Source: Octopus sinensis (Eukaryota). Taken from it: a stretch of DNA of 33,000 nucleotides. A program made the position numbers and the translations under genes. The first letter of the stretch is position 1. Every line of letters begins with the position of its first letter. Shown here in pieces: positions 12,660 to 24,388 of this stretch. A model generated the notes under the pieces. That model had not been told where the DNA came from and searched no databases. It was given only the letters and a program-made list of their open reading frames with translations. The DNA lies in NCBI RefSeq assembly GCF_006345805.1, contig NW_021832269.1, forward strand, positions 31,001 through 64,000, read 5' to 3'.

Positions 12660-13560
12660 GGTGACACAACTTCCCAATGGGCTACTGATTCTCTTTTATA
12701 ATGCAGACAGACTGTAGTAAACATTTTGTTTATTTCTGTATTAAATCGCTTCATCATTTTGATTTGGCCAAAAAATTATCAAAGTCGTTTAACTCAATTC
12801 GAGTAATGAAGAACTGAGGATCGCGAATGGGTGGCATGTTGGAGCAAGTCATGGAAAGCATATCACTCATTTTATAGTACTAACCATTATTAATGCACTC
12901 TCACGAAACCCATAATGTTTATAGCCACGAATGTGCAACACTCTAAAAACAATATTTATAGTTATTTTTTCCACCTTCCTCTCACGAATGCGACTGATCT
13001 CAATTCTTTCATGTCGTCCCCCTCTTTTAATTTTTTGTCTCACAATTTAAGTCTTTGTTTAAAAAAGTTGGAAGTGTCGATTTAGGTCGGAAGGGTTGAA
13101 GGAACAGTCAATGTAATCGGCATTCATTTTTCACACTTAAGAACACGTACACTTGTTTAAATACCAGTGGTTGATATTCCTCGTGGCCACTCCATTCACA
13201 GTAAGCCTTCTATTGCCTTCTATGAAACGAATCCAGTTTCAATGGTTCGTTGAAGGGACTTCCCCATGTCTTGGCATTTTAAAGTAAGGTCAGTTTCACA
13301 AAGTTGTTGTAAAACTTGCATCTGATGTCAATTTCAAGTCCCTTGGTTAATTTTGTCTTCAGTTTAGAAATATTTCAGCGTCTCCTGATGAGAGCTTATT
13401 AATGTGTCTCCATCTTTCATGAGTAATATCCTCTTCTCTTTTAATTTCCGTAGTCCTGATTACATTTTAGCTGAGAAACCATTTTTCAAGCTCCCAGGTG
13501 CATTTTCTAATAGGTTTAGATTGCGGCCACGTCCCGTAACACAAAATCCACATCATACGA
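12660..13560 (-). pseudogene. Degenerate coding-like AT-rich remnant, probably an older mobile element interrupted by the hAT
   Basis: Short broken frames on the minus strand (e.g. MSDMLSMTCSNMPPIRDPQFFITRIEL; MMKRFNTEINKMFTTVCLHYKRESVAHW). One frame continues across the hAT TSD into 10690-10724. No family recognised. Confidence 0.25.
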
Positions 13561-13933
13561 TGTTTCTTCTATATAGCGTTTATTGAGATCGAGGAGTGGA
13601 GATTCAGGAATATGGGGAATAGTAAAGGGCAGAGGGAATCATCCTGGGGAAAGTTTTAGCAATTACATGAAAGTTTTTTTGACCAATATTTTAAGGATCG
13701 AGCCTTTCCCGCTCAACACTTTTGTCGCAATTGCACCTCTCCAACGGTGATTTGGACTTTAGAGCCCTTGCTATTCCCTGGAAAAGGGGAATGTACCACA
13801 ATAGAAAGATTAAATTAATAGATGCAATTCATAAGGGAACAACACTAATTTATTAGTCAATAAAGAAATGGCAATCTACCAGAGTACATTTAAAACAAAT
13901 AAACCAAGACAAGAAACAACCGTAATTAAAAGA

Positions 13934-15279
13934 TTACTTCCGTTCGTCTAGGAATAAACACAACGAGCAAACCGTAGCTGTTGGGGTCGATCTTTTCAGG
14001 CAACTCATTAATGGTCACTTCGAACCTCTTCTGGACATCATTGAGCACTCCATTGTCCGTACTGTTGGACACAAATGTCACAGCAATTCCCTTCGTCCCG
14101 AACCGACCAGCCCTGGCAACTCGATGGAGGAAACTGTCCGCATCGTCAGGCATGTCGTAGTTGAAGACCACATTCACCCTCTCAATGTCCATTCCCCTCC
14201 CAAACAAGTCAGTAGCCACGAGTATCCTCTTCTCAAAGTCTTTAAACAGTTGATATCTCTTAAGTCTCTCTTCCTGCTGCATTCCCCGGTGGATGCATAT
14301 CACTTCAAAATTCCCCGAGAGAAGTAGTTCGGTGAGTGCAATACACCGATTGACAGTCCGCACAAATATTATGGTCTGGTTCACACTCAGTGACTCCAGC
14401 AGTTTGAAGAGAGTCCTTGTCTTTGCGTTCTCCTCCAGCTTGACATAGTACTGCTGGAGTCCGTGGAGGGTGAGTTTAGACTCGTCGTCGATGTATATTT
14501 CCAATGGCTACACATGAGAGAACACACTCACATCCTGCATAAACTTGAGACAGACAGGGCGAATGGACTTGGGGAGAGTGGCACTGAACATGATCACCTG
14601 CTTGTCGTGGGGAGTCTTGCGGAATATATCCTGCACATCCGACCGCATATCCGCCTTGTCCAACACTTTGTCACACTCGTCCACCACAAAGTGATGACAC
14701 TTGCTCAGGTTGAGGTGGTTCTCCACCGTCAACTGCAGAATCCTCCCGGGAGTGCCCACCACCACCTGCGGGTTCTTCCTCAGCTTGCTGATGTCGTACT
14801 GCATGGGAATCCCCCCGAAACACACGGCCACTTTCACGTTGGGCAAGTACTTGGAGAATCGCTCATACTCCTTGGATATCTGGAAGGCCAACTCCCGAGT
14901 GTGACACAACACGAGAGTGTTCACACTCGTGCACGACTCCTCCAATTGGTGGAGAGTGGACAACACATACACTGCAGTCTTACCCATTCCCGACTTGGCC
15001 TGACACACAATGTCCATCGACAGAATGGCCTGCGGAATGCATTGGTGTTGCACTGCCTAATTAGACCATTGGACTACCCTCCGACGGGTGTTCGAATCCA
15101 CATTCCTGGATTGTCCGTAAAAGTTCTGGTTTGAGCAGAAAGTCGCGGAATCCCGAGCTGTGGACGGCCACGTGAGATCCTTTGGTTTTGAGGGAGTCGT
15201 TGGTCGGCTTGGGCGGCACGATCACGTCGTTTTCTTCCTCATCGTAGTCCAGCAAATCATTTTCGTTGTCGAGAGACAT
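13934..15279 (-). CDS. DDX39B: Spliceosome RNA helicase UAP56/DDX39 (DECD box), 423 aa, 3 introns
   Basis: Motifs: [41 protein letters not shown]-type [21 protein letters not shown]. Introns: 15053-15077, 14508-14531, 13948-13972. Confidence 0.97.
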
Positions 15280-15656
15280 ATCTGAGAGAATGGGTCAATA
15301 ATGAGAATAATCCATATAATAATTATAATCTTGAGCCAAAATCTTGTCCGTTTGTGTAAGACACAGAGTATTTTGCTCAAATTTAGTTTGGTACTACTGC
15401 TATCATATAACTAGTGCGTTTTCATTACAATCCACAAATCGCGAACAACAACACACCTTTTAGTAGCGGAAACGACCACGTGAAATCTACTATTATTATT
15501 ACTTATAGGCATACCGTTCTAAAAATAATTTATTTAAAATATTAATATGTTTAAATTAATTGCGAATAAATTTTAAATGCAGAAAATATTTTATAGCTAG
15601 ATATTTTTTGTTTTTTCCATCGATTCAAATGCCGAACAAAAAATTCATTTATTTTT

Positions 15657-15875
15657 ATGCAGAGGAGGCTCCTCGATTCATATTCAGACACCTCCTCTGT
15701 TTGATGTTCCTAATGTTAATAGTTTTCATGTTTAAGAAGGGTTCCTATCATACACAGAAATGGGTATTTGAGGATGCTTTATCTGTCTGAACTCGTTCTT
15801 TCTAAAAAGAACTGGCGAGAACATGTTTGCCGAACATGCAGGAGACCTGCGGAAGATTGCCAAAACATTAAGTGA
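15657..15875 (+). CDS. Candidate 64-aa small protein (hypothetical), one 24-nt intron
   Basis: ATG 15657; a GT-AG intron at 15699-15722 removes an in-frame TGA; ends CRTCRRPAEDCQNIK* followed by AATAAA. No homology recognised, and alternative frames are possible. Confidence 0.25.
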
Positions 15876-15912
15876 AATAAATCCTTCTTTATTACGTCGA
15901 TTAAGTATATAA

Positions 15913-18532
15913 TTATATTATTCCGGGTGGGAGTTCTGAGGGGGGAGTCGGCAGGGCTGCGGGGGGCGGGAAGGAAGCCTGATGCATGTGGAGTCCCATC
16001 TTACACAAGAATTCGAATTGTTCCTCAACACTCTCATCACCAGGAATACCCAAGTCTGTATCATCAGAGTTCGATCCCGTCTCATCGTCTTCAGGATCTC
16101 CAGTGGAAGAAGAGGGAGTTTGTATTTCATCTGTCTCAGCATAATCAGACTGGCAATGATCACCCCCGTCCTCCCAACCCCCGCACTACACGCTCTTCCC
16201 CTTAACACTCACCTGCAGTGGACAAGTGGGATCGTCGATGTCTCCTCCGCCAACAGTTCTTCCAAATCAACCACAAATGAGTAGAATCCCTTCAAAGTAC
16301 TCGGTACCCCGTGATCCGGCCAACTTTTGAATCGCAGATGTCTCACTCGGAGGGCGTCGGGGAACTTGGATGTGGACTGAAATGAACCTTTTGGTGTTCG
16401 ATCGACAGAAATGTGGTCGAGTAATTCTCGGCACTGTCTTCTGAAATGCTGGTGACTTTGAAAGAGAGGAATGTGACCGACTCGCCCACGTTCGGCCAAT
16501 ATTTGTGGCATTTGGTGACTCCATTCTCGACCAGACCCGTCAACATGACCACAATGCTAATCTTTCTGTCCCAAATCATCTACAACCATCAAGGAAGGAC
16601 TCACTTGATAAAAGTCGGCGCACGTGGACTCCATCGGTCCCTGACTGGCAATAAACTCCATATTAAAGTTGTTTGTGTCGTACTAGAGGGTGATGGAGAA
16701 ATGGTACCTCGATCATGCTTGCATTGATGTACCTATTCCCGTCGCTCACTGTCACGAGGGTTTGGTCGTCTAATCTCAATTACACCACAAACATGGAATC
16801 GTGTCCTTGTATCTGTTTAGGGAAATGAATTCCTTCGAGTTGGCAATGTGCATAGTCCGGGCAGGCCACACTCGGGGGACACTCTTTGAATCACTATTTC
16901 CATTACCATGTAGAGCCTTTTCATCAGTCCGTTGCTCATTTCCGTTCGGATTTGCCGGATTGAGCCTGACAGTGCTTCCTCACTCCCACCCTCCGGCTCG
17001 GCCAACACAGGCTTTTCTACGCACTAAAACACAACCACTAATTATCAACTTGGGAAAGTTTGTTGACCAATGCGAGTCTAACCGACATGTCCTTCATTTT
17101 TAGGTTGACCAGACTAATCAAGTTTTGAATCCCTTTTTGGGCGACGTCACAAATTCGGGCTCCTCGTCCTTGAGGGTGATGAGGTCTGAATAGATCAGGG
17201 ACGCAGACCTTTCAGGATGAACAGTTTTATGGTCGACCTCACTATCGAATGACAAGTGAGTATGTTCTGCATATCTTGGAAGGAAAAATTGAGTGTGCAC
17301 TCGTCGTTGACAAAAAGTATGACATGTCCCTCCATTAAACTGGCATTGCTCGTCTTCCTAACATAAATCGGCATTCCTGAGTCTATTCCGCCCTGCCCAG
17401 TCCAATTGATTGACTTACCCCAATTTCCAAGTCATTGACAACCGTGGAGACCGTCTCGGTGTTCAGCCCCTTGATGAAGAGTCCGTACACCTCCATGTCA
17501 GTGATGTCAGGGACGGGTACTTCCGCAGGCTCGAGGCTATACATGACTCCGAGTCCGTACAAAGTAAAAAATCTGTGATTTTCCGTGCAAATCCGCCAGA
17601 ACGACTTGGCGGACTCGGAGGAAGGGAAATCCACCGAAAAAGACTGTGCGGGGATGTTTCGACTCTTCGGAGGGTGAGGACGAATGGGAAACCTTCTCTC
17701 CCTTGACCTGCATTTTCACGGACTGTCCTTTGGAGGATATTTTAGTGAAGCGCTTCCATTTGACGTGGAAGAGGGGTCGCGTATCCCGAATGAAGACAAC
17801 TCCGAGGGAACTGAGATATGCCACGGCATCAATCCCCGTGATTTTGTCCTGGAAATGAACACCACCAGTCACTTTGCAATCGAAATGGAAGATTCCGTTG
17901 ACATAGAACTTGCACTTTGAAACTCGGAATAGGAATGAGTTGAGGGCAGCGGTGGGCGAGAGCTCGCTAAACTCCTCCGCGTAGCACTCCTCTATGTTTG
18001 GTTCCAGACCCATGGCTATCGTGTCTCAAGGACCGCAACCATGTCGATGTGTGGCCGCGAGGAGTGCAAATTCGCTCGGATCGACCTGGTTTTGGCACAA
18101 ATCAAGCACTAGCCTGATGCACTGTGCGTAAAACGATCTAGGATTATCACTCGACTTTGAACTTGGCGATTGGGTCAACAATATCCTGGGGATTAGCCAC
18201 GTAGAAACAAATACGCAGGTACAATGATAAATCACCTTCTACAAACATTTGAGTGTGAGGGAATACCAGGGATCTGGTCCTCCAGCAACTTGTTTTTGTC
18301 CAGCCAGCACTAAGTTGCTACTAACACGCAAATAAACTTGGTTTTTCTGTAATTGCTGGTCTGTGAAAAGCCCAAAGTAAGAGTCGTCGTAGATTCCAAT
18401 CATTCGACAGACTTTCTTGAGTAGATCTCGCACAAGAGTCAACTTCTGTCGGTTGAGTACCAAGTGGGCAACCTGGACTTGTAGCGTGAGTTTTGTTTGC
18501 GTGTCTAAAAACAACCAAACAGTCCGGGGCAT
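15913..18532 (-). CDS. PTPN3/4-like: FERM-PDZ-protein tyrosine phosphatase (PTPN3/PTPN4/PTPMeg family), 718 aa, 18 introns
   Basis: FERM motifs (DSYFGL, CWLDKNK, FWRICTENHRFF), PDZ (GGIDSGMPIYV), and PTP motifs NRYKDTIPYD, YINAS, IASQGP, WPDHGVP, HCSAGVGRTG, MIQTWEQF. Introns: 18446-18472, 18310-18337, 18239-18266, 18138-18162, 18016-18039, 17665-17692, 17537-17560, 17393-17418, 17186-17208, 17114-17145, 17024-17049, 16884-16906, 16770-16792, 16683-16707, 16580-16604, 16365-16387, 16186-16212, 16024-16049. Confidence 0.9.
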
Positions 18533-19759
18533 CGGCGGAAGTTTGTCAATCACATTATTTATAATTATTATAATGCGAATTAGCCGTAATCAGGAACACA
18601 TTGCTGCTCTTAGCATTCAAGTGTTTTTAAAGCCTTCGTTGGCGACAATCCCAAGAAAATGATAATTGGGGAGTATTCCTTTTATTAGCCAATTTTCATT
18701 CAGTTGTTACTCGATTTTCATGTTTTCTGAACAAAGCAGATTAACACACCCTCTCTCAACTCGAATTATTACTGACCTCCCTAAATCACGTGCACAAATA
18801 TGTATTTGTATGAAAGGCATAACTATTGGAACTTGACTCTCCAACCATTTTCATTAAAACTCGGAGTCAAGAATCAGAGAGCAAAAATATTAGACAGAAC
18901 CGTTTCTGTTTGACCCGGAGAGGGGTGATATCCCCTCAAACTGTATCTCGTCCTGGAACTGAGTCTGAGAAAGACAGAGGAGACGTTCACAGCTCCGTCT
19001 GCAGAATAGATGATGTAGTCTTTCATCCTTCTTAAGAATATTGAAAGAAGACGAATAAAGTAAAATTATCCTAAGAACATGATTGAACCAGATTTTGTAA
19101 AGCTTTAAATATCCTTAATTGGGAATGGTTAAGATAAATAATCTCTTAAGCTGTGACAAGATTATCTGCGTGTCTTGCAAAGAGAGGCCAGAAATGTTTG
19201 TGCGTTAATAAATACCCGTCTCTTCCAAACATGTTAGTTTTTATTTTGGGCTGGAAAAATGAGGGATGTCAATCAGTTGAACCGGTGATAGCGGAGATTC
19301 CTGCTTATGTAAAAGGCGAGCTTATTTGATGGGAAATTGCAGTCAAATATAATGTAAAATATTGTTTTTAAATAAAATTATAGGGATCTGGCGAACGCAT
19401 TGAATACAAAAGTGATCCCAAAAATGTGCGTTTCCGGTTTTATTAACTCTAAGACTGTGAGATCCGAAGCCTTTTTTCTACTTTTCTTTGAATTATGTAC
19501 TTAGTCGCTGTATCGTAAAAATTGAGTAGTTTCGCGACTCTGAAGTTTCTTATTGTATTTCCACTGCACTAAAAATCAGTGGAATTGTGTGTTAATTATT
19601 CGGTGGGCCAAATATACCTGAAAGAATTGTCAGTTTATCGGGAATATTGGAATAATTGATTTTAATTTATTTAACCTCATTCCTTTATGAAATTGTGAGG
19701 AATGCGGCACAAAGAAAACCGACAGACCTCTTAGGGTCACACCATAAGTTAAGGAGGGG

Positions 19760-21230
19760 ATTAATCTGATCTTCTTATAGCGGTGAAATTTTTGCAATCC
19801 AGGACGATGTGCGTTACTGTGTGTCGTCCGTCATGGTAGATTGGACAGGACGGATCGACTTCCTTATCCAGTTTGTTTTGATAGTCGAGGAGTAAAGAAT
19901 GATGCCCACAGCGGAATCTTGCGAGTTCGACCCGCTCTTTGCTGAGATCCTTTTCAGCTGAGTTTATTTTTGGGGAGGATTATTAAGTATATTGTTTGCG
20001 GTTACTGCGTTTAAGGAAAATTGTGTTATTAGTTGGAAGAAGGACTTACCTTGGAGAAATTGATCATCAAAGAAAGCACACTGAATGCCTTAATGATGTC
20101 ACTAGATGGTTCTTTGGGTGGATTATAGTTGTTCAGCGATACAATCGGTTAGAATCTATAAATGTGTGCGGAATCCATCCTCATTTTTTGTGTAAATTGA
20201 AGTTGTGCGTAACGAGGATAATTTCCATAATTTATTAGGACCAAAAATATTGTCATAACCATAATTAACTATTTCAGGTGATCCCAGCCTCTTTTAGAAA
20301 CCTTCGCATGTTTCCTCTGTGTTCTACAGCGCATTGTCTAAGAGGTCGGGGATTCCGAACATGGATTTTTTTGCTGAGGTCTCCACCGTTTTCTTTCACG
20401 ATTTTTTCTAGTCCCTTTGGTTGAATTTTGTTCCCCGTGACATTCGCTTGGAGGTTTACAATCTCCATTTGAATATTGTCGATTTTTTGACATTTGTATA
20501 TGCTAGGTTTCTTCCCCATACTGTACATCCGTAACCAATTGTCGGTTTAATGTATTGGGTGTAGAGACTCTAATCCGTAAGTTCTTTTGGCGTCTTCCAA
20601 GTTTTCAAGAAATGCTTTAAGAAAGTTTAGTTTCTTATTGCATTTCGTCAACACTTTAGAGTTTTGTTTCGAGGAATTGATTTCTCTTCCATGGTCACAT
20701 TTATCGACAAATTCCCCAGTCTTTTGTTAGTCGTGAAAAAGGTTAGCTCAGACTTTTCCGGACTTGCTTTCAACAGATTGGCATATACACAGGTTATTTA
20801 TATTTTTTGTAATCTTCTTGTAGCTTTGCTGACCATATCCCTCAATGCAACGATTATATCATCCGCATATTATAGTAAAATGTCATTCTTGTTTTCAGGA
20901 AGAGGCATATCGTTCAACATTAGGTTGAATAATACGGGGGATAGGGGGAACCTTGTGGCACTCCATTCGGTAGTAGCCTCGATGCAGATCTTCGATTGCC
21001 CTTGTAGACTCTACCCCGACGTCCATTCAGAAAATTGGCAAGCCATAGTTTTAAATTTGGTTCCATATTCAACGAGTAAATTTTCTGCGTAAGAATTTTT
21101 CGGGAGACCGTGTCAAAAGCCTTGTGAATATCAATTGAGCATACAATCGTTTTTTCCTGTTTGGTTTCCTTTCCAACCCTTTTGTGATAAATTGTTTCAG
21201 GGACAGTAATCGAAGCGTTAAACAAAAATC
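19760..21230 (-). mobile_element. 5'-truncated, decayed LINE (APE-type clade) ORF2: RT core through the C-terminal zinc-knuckle-like region
   Basis: Motifs: SIDIHKAFDTV, NGVPQGS, YADD (about 20865-20876), and C-terminal ELARFRCGHHSLL...CP...HTVTHIVLDC (about 19790-19920). Multiple frameshifts. Confidence 0.85.
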
Positions 21231-21431
21231 ATTTGATTAATCAAAATCAGACCGAGTTATTCAGAATGTTTAAATTCACACTTAACTGAGACCACTGCAT
21301 GAAATAATCGAATTTGCAACATTCGAATTCCCATACAAATGCGATTACCCTGAAGGTGACATTAATCCCCGAATAACCCAAATATATTAGTAATGTCGAC
21401 TAAATTAAGCAGGATTAATGAGATTAGTAGT

Positions 21432-22184
21432 TTATGATTGTTTTGAACAAAGTCTCGCGAGAAAAGCATCCTTGAACTGGAAATAAGTTCAAGTCGCCTC
21501 ACCGAATCCTCAGGAATGCAGGAGCCGAAAGCCTCCATCAGAAGAGGCTCATTCGTCACCGCCCTGACATACTCCTCGTAACTGATCTGATTGTCGTGGT
21601 CGAGATCCTGCCAAAGTGAGGGATTCACGCCTACCATCTTCTTGATGGCCAATTCGACCAAGTCCTTGACTCCCTCGTCGGGATCTTCCTCGCTTATTTG
21701 CTGTACAACTTATTTTGAAGGCAAACTCGGATGAGACTAGTTTTGAGCAAGTGAAATAACTCCTCTCTCGACAACTGTCCATTCCCGTTGTAGTCGTACA
21801 CATTGAAGCAGTCTAACTCCATTTATAGCACATACATCTGAGCTGCTGGTCGAAAGTCCCCCTCAGTAGAATGGAACATCCGACAGCCCATTCCTCGAAG
21901 GGCAACAGACCGTCGTTGTTTTTGTTAAAAATCCTGAATGCTGGACTGGTTAGTCCAAGTGGGAGTACATCTGTCGAGCATCAGGTCGTCGGTAATCCCG
22001 AATATGGTGTGGAGGGTCTCGCGGAACTTTGGTCTGTCCATTTTCAGGTCACTCCCTCCCACCAAACTGACAAACACAGAATATAGCATTTCCAATTCGT
22101 TTTTGCAGACTAAATCGACTCAACAATCATACAGTGTGTTTTGCTGCATATTGCTTGGAACAGCTTACTCTGCAACCTGCCCAT
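21432..22184 (-). CDS. EFCAB1: Calaxin (EF-hand calcium sensor of outer-arm dynein), 199 aa, 6 introns
   Basis: Motifs: FGITDDLMLDR, LLRGTFDQQLRYCFNVYDYNGNGQLSREE, EEDPDEGVKDLVE, PLLMEAFGSCIP. Introns: 22110-22132, 21941-21968, 21813-21835, 21701-21726, 21608-21634, 21477-21502. Confidence 0.93.
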
Positions 22185-22525
22185 TCTGCTATGGCAACAC
22201 TACAACTATTCAATCAGACATTCCATCGGGTGAGGGGAGAGTAGTCAGCCACATCAGTCGGGTGCCAACCTGTGTCTAATATGACGCATCCCAACCAAAG
22301 TACAGGTCTACGTTAGCAGGTTGGGTGGTAGAGTGCAGCTAATCATTAAATGAGGATTATTGGGGATTATTGACAATTACGAAAGTCTCCATAGCTGCAG
22401 ACGACTTAACCCGTCTTAGGCTACTCTAAAGGTTGCCATGCCAACTGACAATGAGAATAATCAATACCGGAAAATAAATCGATAATTAACGCTATTCAAA
22501 CCTATAAAATGACTAATTATGTCGC

Positions 22526-23768
22526 ATGCCACTGTCTATTTGCATGGTTAATCAAATGCACATCAAAACTGTGTTTAATAACTCAAATCATCGACCAATG
22601 AGTGTCATGAATTACAGCCAGTCGACTATTCGGGACATCAACCGCAGGCTCATTTACGACAGACTCAGGAAGGTCAGCAATCCCTTCTCCAGGACCCCAC
22701 TCAAGGCAGATAATAAAGAGTTTGAACAATTAACAGCCAATTTGGTCAATTTTAATGCCGTTCTCAAGAATGGCCCCACTTCTATTCAGTTCCCCGCCTC
22801 CCTCGAAAGGGATAAGGCCCCCTTTCAAGGCACATTCCTCACCGCAACCCCTCATAATGGCCAGACGGGCAGCAAAACTGGCCAAGAACCTACAAAGCCC
22901 AAGTCTGGCTCGAGGACACATCCTGCCAAGGCCTCAGCAACCACAACTCTGTGGAATATGGATATTTGTTCAATGCTGGGCACGTCCGACGAAATACAAC
23001 CCGAGCACGTTTCCCCAAAACCGAAAATGGGGACTGAGAGGGCACCCCCGCCCAAGAAGGCAGTCCATTCGAGGACTGAGACAAAATGTGTCAAGACTGA
23101 TTATTGTCCCATCAAAGTGGAGGCGGCGAGAGGGGAGAGATTCGGGGGATATGAGTCACTGGTGAGCAGACTGAAGAACAGGGGGCGAGGGGAGTTCATA
23201 AACGGGGGGCCTGCGTGTGTTCCTGTGTGTCGGAGGGTGGAGAAGGTCAACTTTTACGGGGACTTGGCGGAGAAGCGACTGAACAGCCCTGCTTACCGTG
23301 AATTCTACAGTGAGGCAGTGGGGAGTCTGCGGGACTGTCCAATGGAGGAGGGGACGACCTGCGTGTTTGAGTTTGGCGGCCTGGTGCCCCCGCACGAGGA
23401 AGGTGTTGTGTGTGGTGAGTGTAGACGACTGCGGGGTGGAGAGACTGGTGGTGGCGCACTACCGGGAGATGCAGTTCCCTGCCCTGCGGAGAGAGGAGGG
23501 AGTGTATGTGCGACTGTCGGACATGTCGAGTGACGCGGGGAAGGACACGCGGGGTCTGCAGAACAAGTGCAAGCGAATGGACATTGCTGTTTGTGACGTG
23601 TCCGCTTGGAATGCTTAGTTGTTGACATGTACGGATACTGAGCTTAACATGCTCGTCCATTTCGCCAACGTCCCTCAGACTAAGAGTCACCTCATTATAA
23701 GTCTGGTCGACGCACAGAGGCTGCTCGACTCGCTCTTTCTCGAAGGTCGTCGTAGGAGGACTAATTGA
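22526..23768 (+). CDS. About 396-aa protein with a low-complexity N-terminal part and a C-terminal Ski/Sno/Dac (DHD)-like domain
   Basis: Long ORF plus introns 23403-23424 and 23589-23618. The spliced C-terminus GLQNKCKRMDIALLTCTDTELNMLVHFANVPQTKSHLIISLVDAQRLLDSL resembles Ski CDELHIYCSRCTADQLEIL...GLITKTDAERLCNAL. AATAAA follows at about 23789. Confidence 0.6.
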
Positions 23769-23812
23769 CTGGTTTGTATGCTTTTGTGAATAAAATGTGA
23801 TTGAATTTATTT

Positions 23813-24123
23813 GTTATTTTTGTTGTGCTGTGAAAACTCCTTCTGGAATTCGTCCACGGTCATCCTCTTTATCCGTTGGAAACACTTTCTAATCTCGTGG
23901 GCGGACTGTTTGTATTGCAGTGCTGGGATTGTCAAGAAGGCATACTCTTTAACTGAGTTTTTTCAAAGAGGTAGACGTACAGACGGGCACATTTACGGAT
24001 GGGGGCACTCTCCGATAACTATTAATCAAGTCAGTCATTACTTTTTGTATGAACTCGGGGTTTGAGCCCAACATTCTTTTAAATATTAATAATAGTACAC
24101 CTGAGTAACATCCGAATCAACAT
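23813..24123 (-). CDS. NCBP2AS2: NCBP2AS2-like microprotein, 79 aa, 3 introns
   Basis: Spliced product MLIRMLLRMLGSNPEFIQKLSESAPIRKCARLYVYLFEKTQLK... matches the family pattern (human: [30 protein letters not shown]). Introns: 24076-24100, 24019-24041, 23923-23945. Confidence 0.8.
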
Positions 24124-24388
24124 CACCACTAATATAAATTATACTGATTATTCAAATCAATTCTAACTCAATTGGGTATTAACTAAATCTCGTAAATATA
24201 AGACATAATCCTGTGGTTTTGAACATGTCTGATCATTCCCGACATTCTTTTGATAATTGCCCGCCGACGTTAATGGCTACTTTTTTCTGTCTTCTAACTA
24301 GTAAAATAAATTGATTGTCTGTCTGTTACTGAGTCTGTAGTGCGATGAATTGATTCTCCATTGTAGACCATTTGGACACGAAGCTGCG

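Noticed and set aside
13570-13800. Purine-rich stretch with short hairpins, possible ncRNA or transposon end
   Set aside because: No match to snRNA, tRNA or SRP features I know, and no partner inverted repeat found.
18820-19340. Weak resemblance to P2X7-ballast/Kolobok-associated proteins (PFLFDPE, Cys-rich pieces)
   Set aside because: Too fragmentary, with no TIRs or continuous frame to support a call.
20274-20528. ORF that could be an independent small gene
   Set aside because: It lies in order between the RT core and the C-terminal knuckle of the LINE fragment, so it is part of decayed ORF2.
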